In this document: piece after piece, positions 19,413 through 29,181 of the stretch
Position numbering within the stretch: the stretch's first letter is position 1
Layout: the number at the start of each line of letters is the position of its first letter
DNA from: Candidatus Latescibacterota bacterium
GTDB lineage: Bacteria; Latescibacterota; UBA2968; GCA-2709665
Direction of reading: 5' to 3'
DNA length: 64,000 nt
Assembly (NCBI GenBank): GCA_965205485.1
Contig: OZ242180.1
Coordinates: forward strand, 2,240,001 to 2,304,000
The notes under the pieces: model-generated
Database searches by the model: none
What the model was told of the DNA's origin: nothing
Seen by the model: the letters and a program-made list of their open reading frames with translations, nothing else
Made by a program: the position numbers and the translations under genes

Positions 19413-19692
19413 TTTCAACCGATACTAATGTGTCGGACATCACCTCCACAACCGATTTGCCGCTGAGCTGCAGATACAGGGCATCGGGGCAAAGTTCCAA
19501 TTCCTCACCCCAGGCCACAGCGCCATGATCCTCAATTCGTACGGCTTCAAAAAAGGAGCGATCTTCCCAGGCATCGAATACGCCGCGTCCAGCCATGTGC
19601 GCCAGGTCAATTTCACCCTCGACACCGTCCGAATAGCGCAGCCAGATGTGGTAGCCTTCTCGGGCTTCCACTGCAATTGGTCGTATCATCAT
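19405..19692 (-). CDS. DUF2442 domain protein (TA component)
   Basis: VEAREGYHIWLRYSDGVEGEIDL...GVF...FFEAVRI...AVAWGEELELCPDALY. Confidence 0.9.
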   Translation of the reverse strand: MMIRPIAVEAREGYHIWLRYSDGVEGEIDLAHMAGRGVFDAWEDRSFFEAVRIEDHGAVAWGEELELCPDALYLQLSGKSVVEVMSDTLVSVENA

Positions 19693-19737
19693 ATATTCCA
19701 GCGAACAACCTTGTAATGGGGCTCCATTCGTTGGATG

Positions 19738-19773
19738 AAAAAGGGGAAGGGATCGCTGCCCCTTCCCCCTTTT
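19738..19773 (-). terminator. Intrinsic terminator after the outer-membrane protein gene
   Basis: AAAAAGGGGAAGGG-ATCGCTG-CCCCTTCCCCCTTTT; stem flanked by A/T tracts. Confidence 0.65.
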
Positions 19774-19823
19774 CGGATTCGCATTGTACGTCCACCAGCG
19801 GAGATGGATTTCCGTTGAAGCCG

Positions 19824-20699
19824 TTACTGCATCAGGCTTCCGGTGTAGGAGATCCCGAACAGGAACGTGGAGCCTGCGAAAAACGTATATGGCGCTCCCA
19901 ACGAGGGGTCGGCCCGGCCGAGAACGGACACGCGCGCCGCGGCTTCAAGGGCGATGCCCTGCGGCAGGCTGACGATCGCAGTCGGTATCGCATAGGTGAC
20001 CCGCCGGCCGGCGCCCGAAATCCCTTCCAGCTTCAGGGCTATATTCAACATTTCGACGGGGCTGGCGCCGATCTCGACATTGTAGATCAACTCGTCGTCC
20101 GGGTTGTGGTGAATGGTCTCGTTGGTCTCTCTGAGGCGATACCCCAGGTCGATGTTGGCGTATATCGGGATGGGCCAGTAGGACTTGCCGACTTGCGCGA
20201 CCACTTCGACGTCCCACTGGCCGTTGCCGGCGGACATGGCCTCGGGCGCGGCGCGGAAATCCCCGGTTGGCGCCTTGATGCCGAGCATCAGGGTGCCAAC
20301 GACGGGCTCATGAACGAGATTGACCTTGCCGAAGACGCGGATGTCGCCAAGACCTGACTCTTTTGCGCGGTATCCGAACATCTCTCTGTGCCTGTTCGAA
20401 GTGAAATTCTCGAACTTCCTGTTGATCGCCCCGAACTGAACGCCGAGATCGAAGCGCTTGGTCACCCCGTAGTACACGTCGAGATACAACTCCTGCGAAG
20501 TATAATCCGCGGGAATCCCACTCGGTTCTCCATCCTTGTCGTAGTGTTCATCGGTGGCCTGGTACAGGCCGGTAATCTTGCTCCACACCTGTCCCTTTTC
20601 AAGGGTCCACGCACCCGCGTACGCGGCCTGTGGCGCAATAAGTCCGACGGTGAGGACGAGTAGGGCGACCATACGCGAGAGGGTTCTCAGGATCGTCAT
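19824..20699 (-). CDS. Exported, probable outer-membrane beta-barrel protein
   Basis: Signal peptide ending AYA-GAWT; amphipathic strands (LDVYYGVTKRFDLGVQ, GLGDIRVFGKVNL, LGIKAPTG, ANIDLGYRLR); start uncertain. Confidence 0.65.
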   Translation of the reverse strand: MTILRTLSRMVALLVLTVGLIAPQAAYAGAWTLEKGQVWSKITGLYQATDEHYDKDGEPSGIPADYTSQELYLDVYYGVTKRFDLGVQFGAINRKFENFTSNRHREMFGYRAKESGLGDIRVFGKVNLVHEPVVGTLMLGIKAPTGDFRAAPEAMSAGNGQWDVEVVAQVGKSYWPIPIYANIDLGYRLRETNETIHHNPDDELIYNVEIGASPVEMLNIALKLEGISGAGRRVTYAIPTAIVSLPQGIALEAAARVSVLGRADPSLGAPYTFFAGSTFLFGISYTGSLMQ

Positions 20700-21009
20700 C
20701 TTCGCGTACGGGAACGAGATTTCAGCTGATTGGCTCAACTCCAACTCCTTTTCGATACGTCCCCAGGCCTGCCGGACAGCGTCGGGCAGACGTAGAAGAC
20801 AATCGTGAATAAAGCACCTGAACGCCGGGGGATTTTCTGCCGCCGCCACGGCCCGTGTGAAACGGCAAATTCACCTTTAATTCTACAATATTCACATCCG
20901 TACCGCAATAGGCATCTTCACCAAATGGCGGTTCACTATTGCAAAACGCGACAGCGCAGGCAGAGGACCCGTTCCGACTTAGCCCTCGCGACTCCCTTTC
21001 CCCCTTGGG

Positions 21010-22074
21010 TCAATTTGGATATTCGAACTCCTCGTAATCGTCTTTCTCGATCGGATGCAGGTAAAGCCGCATCTTACGATCTCTCGACGTTGCGAACATC
21101 ACCTGGCAGGAGATCAGGTCGCTCACGTTCAAACCGTGCGTCTGCAGGATGCGCCCGGGCGCGTGCACGTCGAACGAGAAATCGATCAATTCCTGCAAGT
21201 TCTTCATCCGGGCGAAGACGTTCCGATAGTGCGCGAAATACATGACGCGCGCCTGGGAGTTGTAATAGTAGGGCCCGTCCCAGAACTCGGGGTCCGCCTC
21301 ACGGGACGGATTCTGTAGCTTGGGATGCTGCCAGTGATTCACCTCCAGGAGCATCCCGTCCTGCGCCTCCGAAATGGCGACGTTTTCCGATTCCAGTTCC
21401 AGCCCCAGTATATTCCCCCCGGCGTCGACCGTGACCAGGTTCATCCCTTTCTGCCCTGAGAGGCGGTACTGTTCCACGAAATGCCGGACGTCGTCGCAGT
21501 CGCCGCAGTGCTGCGCCAGCAGGTGAACGACGAAGTACAGGTTCAGGTGTTCGGGGTTGGAGACGAAGTTGAACTTCCGATGCCCTGAATTCGCCCCGAC
21601 CGCCAGTCCGGCGTCATTTACAGCCATCCCCAGCGTGACCTGTCGCCTGGTGCCGAACCCCATCATCCCATGAGGTTTCGTGTCCGGAAAAAATGAGACG
21701 ACGGAATTGGAAACGGTTCCGGGCACCGTATCCGTGCCTCCGTCGTTGGTGGACAACATCGCCGGGCCGTCGTCTTCCAGAGTGATTCCCAGCGTGGAGC
21801 AAGCATCCCCGACAGGCCCGGTCCAGAGAATATGGCCGAAGTATGCGTGGTCGAAAGACGCCATTCCCGCCGCCTCGCCGAACGCCTCGATCTGATCGAT
21901 CATATCCGGAAACTCCCGGCGCATGAACGCCATGTTCCGTCGAAAGTAGGCGTTGTCGAAATCGTGTGGGCGGGCCTGCCAGAACTTCAGGTAGTCACGG
22001 GCGGCCTCCGGGTTCATGGAACCCTGCGCCCTGCCGATCTCCGCGGGATTTCCGCGAAATGTACGTGTTTCCAT
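21010..22074 (-). CDS. Peptidase C45 / acyl-CoA:6-APA acyltransferase-like Ntn hydrolase, paralogue 1
   Basis: G.PAEIGRAQG N-terminus, DA-CSTLGITL (Cys nucleophile), AVNDAGLAVG, NHW. Confidence 0.75.
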   Translation of the reverse strand: METRTFRGNPAEIGRAQGSMNPEAARDYLKFWQARPHDFDNAYFRRNMAFMRREFPDMIDQIEAFGEAAGMASFDHAYFGHILWTGPVGDACSTLGITLEDDGPAMLSTNDGGTDTVPGTVSNSVVSFFPDTKPHGMMGFGTRRQVTLGMAVNDAGLAVGANSGHRKFNFVSNPEHLNLYFVVHLLAQHCGDCDDVRHFVEQYRLSGQKGMNLVTVDAGGNILGLELESENVAISEAQDGMLLEVNHWQHPKLQNPSREADPEFWDGPYYYNSQARVMYFAHYRNVFARMKNLQELIDFSFDVHAPGRILQTHGLNVSDLISCQVMFATSRDRKMRLYLHPIEKDDYEEFEYPN

Positions 22075-22150
22075 AAACACCTCCTTATCTGCACAATGCT
22101 TCGTTCAGCCAGGCTTCGGGCCCGGCCTCAGATCAATCGCATTCGAAGTT

Positions 22151-23212
22151 TCATGCCAGTAGGGCCGCTTCGACCGATGGCCGAATTGCTTTGGCCATGC
22201 GCAGGAATCCAAGGTCGTTCGGATGAACCCCGTCGACGGTACACGCATCCTGATCGGCATCGCCAAAGAGGGTCTCCCCATCCACAAACCAGACCCTGTC
22301 GTCTCCCCGCTTCAGGGCATTCTCATACGTCTCGCGAACGATCTCTCGCCTCGCAACCCAGCGTGACGGATTGGCATTGATCGACGGGCTCGAGACGATA
22401 ACAATGGGCAGGTTGGGACGGGCATCCCTCACAACCCGGAAGAACGCCTCGTGCGTCTCCGTCAGATAATCGGCTGTCGGCGCATTGTGGTCGTAGTCCA
22501 TCACAAACACACGCATATCCACGGTTGCGATGAGGCGGGCCATGGCTGGTTCGGCCCGGGCGCTTCCGCTGAATCCGAAGTTGATCAGCTTCGCATCCAG
22601 CCAACGGGACAGGAAATTGGGGTAGGTGTTCCCGGGACGGGACGCGCAGCCTCCGTGCGTGATCGAGGACCCGTAGAAGAGAATCGGCTTCTCGTCCGAG
22701 AACCGCGAGGGCGGCTCGACTCTCGCGCCGGGGTCCAGTCCGAGAACGACTTGATTGACGCCGTTGTAAACCGGAAAATTCAGCGTCCATTCCCGCATGC
22801 CGCCGTCCAGTCCATCCACCAGGACCGTTTCGTATGCCCGTTCGTTCATGGGGGGTCTCGCGGAGTTTATGAACCGCTTCTCCGTCCCGGTTCCCACGTA
22901 GATGTCGAATCCGGAATTCCCGGACCGCGGCATGTGCGGCATGTCCACGACTTCCGCCAACTCCGCCCGGATGGCGATCGTACGGGAATCCGACCTGAAA
23001 CGGGCCATCCCGCCCGACGTACACCAGGCCAGCCTCCGGACGGCTTTGCTCATGTCCGGCAGGGCGTCGACCGGCAGCCGGCAGAACCGTCTCTCCCGGT
23101 CCAGCCAGGGGAAGCCCGACACCTCAACAGGTGCTTCCAGGACATCCATGCAAAGCATCTCCCTGCCCTCGATTTCCACGGACTTCAGGCCAGGTCCTGC
23201 GCTGTCGGACAT
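22151..23212 (-). CDS. SGNH/GDSL hydrolase with GxDLY N-terminal domain
   Basis: GFDIY, FYGSSITHG, NFGFSG, DYDHN, DGVHP; RBS before ATG 23212. Confidence 0.9.
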   Translation of the reverse strand: MSDSAGPGLKSVEIEGREMLCMDVLEAPVEVSGFPWLDRERRFCRLPVDALPDMSKAVRRLAWCTSGGMARFRSDSRTIAIRAELAEVVDMPHMPRSGNSGFDIYVGTGTEKRFINSARPPMNERAYETVLVDGLDGGMREWTLNFPVYNGVNQVVLGLDPGARVEPPSRFSDEKPILFYGSSITHGGCASRPGNTYPNFLSRWLDAKLINFGFSGSARAEPAMARLIATVDMRVFVMDYDHNAPTADYLTETHEAFFRVVRDARPNLPIVIVSSPSINANPSRWVARREIVRETYENALKRGDDRVWFVDGETLFGDADQDACTVDGVHPNDLGFLRMAKAIRPSVEAALLA

Positions 23213-23223
23213 CGATTCTCCCT

Positions 23224-25053
23224 TCACGACTTCCAGATGGGTAATTGAACGTATGAAGCGCGTCCCGCGTCATGGTAGACGGTATTGCGGGCGATGCGCC
23301 AGTCCCTGTCGTCCGGATCGCCCGTATTGCGGTTGATGTCGTAGTTGGGGAAGTTGCTGCTGCAGATGTCCAGGCGGATACGATGACCGGCCCGGAACAG
23401 GTTCGCGGACGGCTGCATGTCGATTTCGATGCGGTACACCGTTCCAGGTTCCATCGGACTCGGCCGCTCGAAGCTCTCCCTGTACCGCGCCCGCAGGATG
23501 CCCTCCGATATCGGGAAGGCGTATCCGGTCGGATCGTCCCGGCTCGGGGGATAGACGTCCAGCAGCTTCATGAAAAAATCGGTATCCGGCGCGTCGGAGG
23601 ATATCCATAGGACCCCGCTGATATTTCCGGCAATCGACAGGTCCGCGTCAAGCGGGGCGGTTTGAAAGACGAGCACGTCGGGCCGCGAGGCAATGGGCAT
23701 GCCCGGTATGCCATGCCCGGTAAGGGTCTCGATCTCAATCTGATCGCGGGGTCCCATCCCCTTGAACCACCCCTCCTTCATCGGACCGTAGGGGATGATA
23801 CAGCGGCCGTTGCTGGATACCGTATTGCGCGGGTCGTAGGTGTACGTGGTCGAGGCGTCTTCCTCCGGGGGGGCATTGGGCGACAGAATACCGTTCTCAT
23901 GGATATAGTACGGTGTCTCGCGCGAGCCATCCGGCGGCCAGCCATCCACGCTGAACCACTTTCCGCCGTGCTGCAGGAGTCCGTCCCGGTCGCGGCTGCC
24001 GTCCTCTCCGCCCATTCGGAACATCCGAACCGCGCTGCCAACGTCCACAGTGGCATCCTCCTTGAGCCACCGGTTGAACCACTGCAGGTAGAGGTGAAGG
24101 AAGTCCTTGTGGAAATGGAGACCGCCCTCCGGTCCGAAATGCACGTCTCCGCAGGACGGTTCGCAGTTGCCGTGGGTCCACGGACCCACCAGCAGGTGCT
24201 GATTCCCGCGTCCCATGCTCACCATCTTCCGGAACCCGTCGATGATGGTTCGGGGATACCAGTCGAACCAGCCCACCATCCAGAGAATCGGCATGTCCGG
24301 AAACGAATCGAAATACTCGTCCATTGCGAATCCCGGCTGCCGCCAGAATTCCGTATAGTCGTTGTTCTCGAAATAGAGCTGGAAGACTGCGTCCTCGTAC
24401 TGCGGCGCAACCGCCAGCGGCGTCTGACCACGACGCCAGGGGATCCGGGATGCCCATTCGAGGAACTGCTGTCCGTCGGCGGTCATTGACGTTACTGCTT
24501 CGGCAATGACAGGGTCCTCCTGCGCCTCGTGGCCCGTAATCGCCATCCGGACCGCCCAGTTCAGGAGGCCGAGATGCAGCGCGCCGCCCTCGCGCATGCT
24601 GTAGTGGTAGGCGTTGATGGGCCCTTCGAATGGAATCATGGTCGCAAGAGACGGCGGGTTCTGCGTAGCCGCGTGGAACTGCACCCACGCATCGTAGGAA
24701 CACCCGTGCATGCCCACCTTCCCGTTGCACGTGGGATGTTCGGCAATCCACTCGATGGTGTCGTACCCGTCCTCCGGGTCGTCCCTGAACGGGAAGAACG
24801 CGCCCTCGGAACCATAGCGCCCCCTGCAGTCCTGTACGGCGGCCATATAACCGTGCCGCGCGAAGAAGCTTGCTGCGGCCGAACCGCCGTTCTTGTTGTA
24901 AGGCGTCCGCTCGAGGATCGCCGGGAAGGGCCCTGTTCGTCGACTTGCGACCTCACCCGGGAAGTAGAGGTCGGTGGCCAGGCGCACGCCGTCCCGCATC
25001 GGGACCATCACGTCCCTGGCCACGATAACGTCAGCTGTATGGGAATCACCCAT
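23224..25053 (-). CDS. CocE/NonD family serine hydrolase (S15)
   Basis: MVPMRDGVRLATDLY, RTPY, QDCRGRYGSEG, GCSYDA, GPWTH, SSNFP. Confidence 0.9.
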   Translation of the reverse strand: MGDSHTADVIVARDVMVPMRDGVRLATDLYFPGEVASRRTGPFPAILERTPYNKNGGSAAASFFARHGYMAAVQDCRGRYGSEGAFFPFRDDPEDGYDTIEWIAEHPTCNGKVGMHGCSYDAWVQFHAATQNPPSLATMIPFEGPINAYHYSMREGGALHLGLLNWAVRMAITGHEAQEDPVIAEAVTSMTADGQQFLEWASRIPWRRGQTPLAVAPQYEDAVFQLYFENNDYTEFWRQPGFAMDEYFDSFPDMPILWMVGWFDWYPRTIIDGFRKMVSMGRGNQHLLVGPWTHGNCEPSCGDVHFGPEGGLHFHKDFLHLYLQWFNRWLKEDATVDVGSAVRMFRMGGEDGSRDRDGLLQHGGKWFSVDGWPPDGSRETPYYIHENGILSPNAPPEEDASTTYTYDPRNTVSSNGRCIIPYGPMKEGWFKGMGPRDQIEIETLTGHGIPGMPIASRPDVLVFQTAPLDADLSIAGNISGVLWISSDAPDTDFFMKLLDVYPPSRDDPTGYAFPISEGILRARYRESFERPSPMEPGTVYRIEIDMQPSANLFRAGHRIRLDICSSNFPNYDINRNTGDPDDRDWRIARNTVYHDAGRASYVQLPIWKS

Positions 25054-25065
25054 GGGAATTCACCC

Positions 25066-26583
25066 TTAAGTTGACGACGTGCCTCGGACGAATCGGTAGC
25101 CGTACAGCCGGGCCGCGCCGTACAGATGGAAGCGCAGCCTGAAGCGGTCCCGGCCGATGCCGGCAAGTCGTTTGTCGCCCCAGGTGACGCGGCGCCGGAG
25201 CCCGTCGACGTCGATATCGTCGCAGTCACCGCATCCGTATCCCGGGACCGGCTCGCAGGAATCCGCGTCAAGTATTTCGACTTCCAACCAGTTGCGGTTG
25301 CGCCGGACGTCGCCCACGTTGAGCGTCAGCTCGGTCGACCGGTCGGTCAGCGCAAGCGGGGCGGTGGTCGCGTGTCCGGGCGTCTCGCGGTCCGGGGTCT
25401 CCAGACAGGTGAACCCGTCTTCGCGGAGCGTGGCCAGACCCATCCGCGCCATGCGCGCGCTCCCGCTCCCCATCTCATGGATGAACTCGGGGATCTCGTT
25501 CTCCGGCGGCCAGCTTGTGAACTCTTCGCCCGCCCCGCCATAGAACAGGTAGACGGTCCCGTCCTTGACGACCGGTTTGTCCGTAATGATAAGCAGTCCC
25601 CCGTCCCACTCGCCGTGCGCGCCGCGGGCGATGACCTTCTGGTGGGGATTGAGACGGTCGAAATTGAGCCCGTCGCCGCTGACCGCCAGCCGGATGTCGG
25701 CAGAGTACATCCCGTAGCGGCCGTAACCGTTCGGCACGTACCACCCGTACTCGTAGCAGATGATCCACGCGCCGCCGTACGGCGACATCATGATGTGATG
25801 GTCTTCGTACTCCAGCCCGTCGGCGGGCGAGAGCAGGGGTTTCTCTTCCGCCCTCCGGAAGTGCTCGATGTCTGGGCCGTACGCCAGAATCTTGGCGCGC
25901 CCGAGGCCGCGGTACCGATCGGCGCGGCGCTTGATGTCGGGCTTGTCGAACGGCACCATCTCCTGGAAGACGGTCTTGTACCGGCGCGAGGGATCCGGGT
26001 CCTGGTCGTCACGGACGAGCACGCCGATGTCGGGCGGTCCGCGAAACCACTCCGGCAGGTCGATGTTCGGGCCCTCGGTCCAGTGGATGCCGTCGGGCGA
26101 ATAGTTGGCCCGGGCGCCCTTTCCGGCGTAGACCTTCTGTCCCCCGAAGCCGCGCTTGATCCCCTTGAAACGCCTGTTCGGGTCCGGTTCGGCGTCGTCC
26201 TTGATGATCGGACCGCGTCCGTCCAGGACGATGTTGTTCTTCCTGCTCCCGTTGTATTCGTACAGGCCCAGTTCGGGTTTGTGCCAGTTGATCCCGTCCT
26301 CGCTGACGGCGTAACCCATCGCCCACCACCTCGACGTCGCAATGTCCGAGCCCGCGTACCACGCCTTGAACAGCCCGTCTTCATCGTCGTATATCACCGT
26401 GGGCGAGGACCACGGCGCGCAGTGGGTGGAATCCCATTCGTGCGAGTCGCCCACCGGCAGTACGGGATTCAGCGGGTGTTTTTCCGCTTCGCACACGGTC
26501 TGCGTGACATGATGGACAGACTCGATCCCGTCCATCAGAAGGAATCCATCCGCGCTGCCGGCGTCCGTGTTCATCCGATCCAT
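25066..26583 (-). CDS. Five-bladed beta-propeller glycosidase-like protein with C-terminal beta domain
   Basis: EKHPLNPVL, YAVSEDGINWHKPELG, YSPDGIHW, AVSGDGLNF, GLATLREDGF. Confidence 0.8.
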   Translation of the reverse strand: MDRMNTDAGSADGFLLMDGIESVHHVTQTVCEAEKHPLNPVLPVGDSHEWDSTHCAPWSSPTVIYDDEDGLFKAWYAGSDIATSRWWAMGYAVSEDGINWHKPELGLYEYNGSRKNNIVLDGRGPIIKDDAEPDPNRRFKGIKRGFGGQKVYAGKGARANYSPDGIHWTEGPNIDLPEWFRGPPDIGVLVRDDQDPDPSRRYKTVFQEMVPFDKPDIKRRADRYRGLGRAKILAYGPDIEHFRRAEEKPLLSPADGLEYEDHHIMMSPYGGAWIICYEYGWYVPNGYGRYGMYSADIRLAVSGDGLNFDRLNPHQKVIARGAHGEWDGGLLIITDKPVVKDGTVYLFYGGAGEEFTSWPPENEIPEFIHEMGSGSARMARMGLATLREDGFTCLETPDRETPGHATTAPLALTDRSTELTLNVGDVRRNRNWLEVEILDADSCEPVPGYGCGDCDDIDVDGLRRRVTWGDKRLAGIGRDRFRLRFHLYGAARLYGYRFVRGTSST

Positions 26584-26608
26584 GCATTCACCCTTTTCGC
26601 AGTTTCCG

Positions 26609-27676
26609 TCACTCGCCGTACGTCATTTCCGTAAACCCTTCCTTCGCAAGCGGATACCGGTGGACCCGCAGCTTCAGATCCCGGGACGTCATGAAGATCC
26701 CGTGGGTGGTGAACCAGCCTCCGATATTGGTCTCCGGGATCTGGAGAATCCTGCCCGGCGCGTGCACGTCGAACGAAAAATCGGTCAGTTCGCTCACGGT
26801 GCGCATTTCTTTGAACGTGTCCCGGTGGCAGGCAAGGTACTGGATCCGGTTCTGGGAGTTGTAGTAAGATGTGCTGGCCCACCAGTCCGGATCGGCCTTT
26901 CGAGACGGGCGCTGGAGTTCCGGGTCCTGCCAGTGGTTGGTTTCGAGAACCATTCCGTTTTCCGGTTCCCGAAGGGCGATGTTCGCCGATTCCAGTTCGA
27001 ACCCGACCATATCACCCGCCGCGTCCACGGCCACGCCCGTCAGTCCCTTGATCCCCGAAATCCGGTACTGTCGGAGGAAATGCCTGACGTCCCCGCAATC
27101 GGTGCAATATTGCGCCAGCAGGTGCGTGGTGAAATATAGATTGACGTGTTCGGGGTTGGCGCCCGGGTTGAACTTCCGGTGTCCCGACGCGCAGCCCACC
27201 AGCAGCCCCGCGTCGTTGATCGCCGTGCCGACGGTGACGCCGAACCGCTCGCCGATGCCGGCCAGTCCGTGCGGCCTGCCGTCCGGCAGCCCCATCAGGA
27301 TCTTATCGTTCACGAAATCTTCGACCCTGCCGATCGAGCTCGTATCGTAGGTCCTCAACATCGCAGGACCGTCGTCCTTCAGCGTGATCCCGAGCGCCGA
27401 ACATCCGTCCAGGTCGGCGGCAGTGAAGTAGACGTGCAGCAGAAACGTTTGGTCGAAGTCTTCAATCCCCGCCGCGTCGCCGTATGCCTCCATCTGCGTC
27501 ACCAGTGCCGGAAATTCCCGCCGCATGAAAGCCATGTTTTCGCGGAAATAGCTATCCTCGAAGTCCTGGGACTGCTTTAGCCTCTTCTCCAGCTCACGGT
27601 GGGCGTATTCGGGATCGAGCGCGCCCTGCGCCCGCCCCGCTTCGGCAGGACCTCCCGCAAAGATGTACTTCTCCAC
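26609..27676 (-). CDS. Peptidase C45-like Ntn hydrolase, paralogue 2
   Basis: DG-CSALGITL, INDAGL; shares YYNSQ.R and FSFDVHAPGRILQ with 21010-22074. Confidence 0.75.
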   Translation of the reverse strand: MEKYIFAGGPAEAGRAQGALDPEYAHRELEKRLKQSQDFEDSYFRENMAFMRREFPALVTQMEAYGDAAGIEDFDQTFLLHVYFTAADLDGCSALGITLKDDGPAMLRTYDTSSIGRVEDFVNDKILMGLPDGRPHGLAGIGERFGVTVGTAINDAGLLVGCASGHRKFNPGANPEHVNLYFTTHLLAQYCTDCGDVRHFLRQYRISGIKGLTGVAVDAAGDMVGFELESANIALREPENGMVLETNHWQDPELQRPSRKADPDWWASTSYYNSQNRIQYLACHRDTFKEMRTVSELTDFSFDVHAPGRILQIPETNIGGWFTTHGIFMTSRDLKLRVHRYPLAKEGFTEMTYGE

Positions 27677-27726
27677 GGTAGCAACCTTTCAACGAGCGCT
27701 TCGAGTCAATTCCGACCGGTTCTTCC

Positions 27727-27766
27727 TTGACAAGCCATGTAATTGTAGCTACATTGTAGCGACAAG
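27727..27766 (+). promoter_or_regulatory. sigma70 promoter with tandem RelB/DinJ-type operator palindromes
   Basis: TTGACA-N17-TACATT; TGTAGCTACA and TTGTAGCGACAA palindromes overlap the -10. Confidence 0.7.
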
Positions 27767-27781
27767 CTGGAGGTTGTTATC

Positions 27782-28048
27782 ATGGGTAACGATAGTGTGG
27801 TACGCGCACGAATCGACCGCGATACCAAGGCACGGGCAACCGAGGCGCTTGAAGCCATGGGCCTTTCCGTTTCCGATGCGATCCGCCTGCTGTTGCTGAG
27901 GATAGCCGAAGAGAAACGGCTGCCGTTCGCTGTGAAAGTCCCTAATTCCACGACTGTTGCAGCGATGAAGGAACTGGAAGAGGGAAAGGGCAAACGATTC
28001 CGTAATTCCCGGGAGCTACTCAGGGATCTCAGACTTCTGGATGACTGA
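27782..28048 (+). CDS. dinJ: RelB/DinJ antitoxin (orphan)
   Basis: VVRARID..TK..A.EAL.AMGLSVSDAIRLLL.RIA.EKRLPF.VKVPN..T..AM.E. Confidence 0.9.
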   Translation: MGNDSVVRARIDRDTKARATEALEAMGLSVSDAIRLLLLRIAEEKRLPFAVKVPNSTTVAAMKELEEGKGKRFRNSRELLRDLRLLDD

Positions 28049-28114
28049 CTCCGGTTCCCGCGCTGCGTCACACCTGACGACAACTGAACAATCGGCACAT
28101 CTTAGGAGACAAAA

Positions 28115-28140
28115 AGGGCGATCACAAGGATCGCCCTAAC
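28115..28140 (-). repeat. REP-like palindrome
   Basis: Minus strand GTTAGGGCGATC-CTTGT-GATCGCCCT. Confidence 0.55.
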
Positions 28141-28274
28141 CGTTTCAATACCTTGTTGAATGCTTGTCTTCGTTGAATTGATCGAAATTGGTCTGACAGA
28201 CAGTCTATTGTGTCATGCTTTCTATCATACGACAACGGAATCACAGTCGGAGACTTTAGGCCTTGATTTGCCGT

Positions 28275-28658
28275 TTACTTCGATCCGCCTTCTGTTCTGC
28301 CAGATGTCCCCTTCGGCGAAGGCGTGATTAAAGGCTCCAGTTGGACGATTAGCTCGGGTATTTGATCGACAGTCAATGCCCACATGCGCGATTGGATGAT
28401 CTCGCCATATTCGTGCGCCAGAACGTTGCGCATCCCCACAATCCTCCGCCACGGAATCTCAGGGTGTGCCGTCTTGAATGGATCGGATACGCGTCTTGCC
28501 GCCTCGCCGAGGATTTCCACCTGCCGCTCTACCGCTGCCTGAACCATTCGATTCTGAAGAAACTGCTCGGATGTCAAATCCTTGACAAACTCCGTGACAG
28601 AAACGGCCGCTTCCAGCATATCCCAGATGTAGGCGGCATCCCGATTTTCAGGCCGCAT
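28275..28658 (-). CDS. hepT: HepT-like HEPN ribonuclease toxin (DUF86)
   Basis: AVERQVEILGEAA, PEIPW, GMRNVLAHEY (RxxxxH-Y motif). Confidence 0.9.
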   Translation of the reverse strand: MRPENRDAAYIWDMLEAAVSVTEFVKDLTSEQFLQNRMVQAAVERQVEILGEAARRVSDPFKTAHPEIPWRRIVGMRNVLAHEYGEIIQSRMWALTVDQIPELIVQLEPLITPSPKGTSGRTEGGSK

Positions 28659-28953
28659 AAATCACCTCTTTGGTGCTCAGAATGCCCTTCCTGCGGAAAG
28701 GATTTCGGAGCCCCTGCTCTTCTATGAGGTCAACGGGCCGTTCGAGGATTTCCGTCAATTCTTCCTGCATCTGTACCAGGTCGAGTAAACTGTGTCCGGC
28801 GCCCGGAGTGAACGTAACCAGAAGGTCGACGTCGCTGTCTTCTGCAAAGTCACCGCGAAGCACAGAGCCGAACGCAGCCAATTCAGTAATTTTCCAGCGA
28901 CAACAAAAATCATCAATCCGGGCATGCGGCAAATCTATCTGGAGCGGCGCCAT
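28648..28953 (-). CDS. mntA: Minimal nucleotidyltransferase antitoxin (MntA-like)
   Basis: FGSVLRGDF...SDVDLLV, RPVDL; overlaps the HEPN gene. Confidence 0.9.
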   Translation of the reverse strand: MAPLQIDLPHARIDDFCCRWKITELAAFGSVLRGDFAEDSDVDLLVTFTPGAGHSLLDLVQMQEELTEILERPVDLIEEQGLRNPFRRKGILSTKEVIYAA

Positions 28954-28982
28954 ACCTACCTCAATTGGAAGCTATTCGCTAG

Positions 28983-29101
28983 GAGCCTGTCGGAATACCT
29001 ATGCCAATATATTATGGCATACAATATCTAGTGTGATTTGAAATATCAGTATCTATATATCGTATGCCGATTAGATCAAGTTGGGGTATTCCGACAGGCT
29101 G
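28983..29101. mobile_element. 119-bp MITE with 17-bp TIRs and CTAG target duplication
   Basis: CTAG|GAGCCTGTCGGAATACC...GGTATTCCGACAGGCTG|CTAG (16/17 match); AT-rich interior. Confidence 0.85.
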
Positions 29102-29181
29102 CTAGCCATCTTTTCGGAAGAGCGTACACAATATACGCATATGTGTGTTGTCTCGCTACTCGGCAGACGCGCCTTTGGTGT

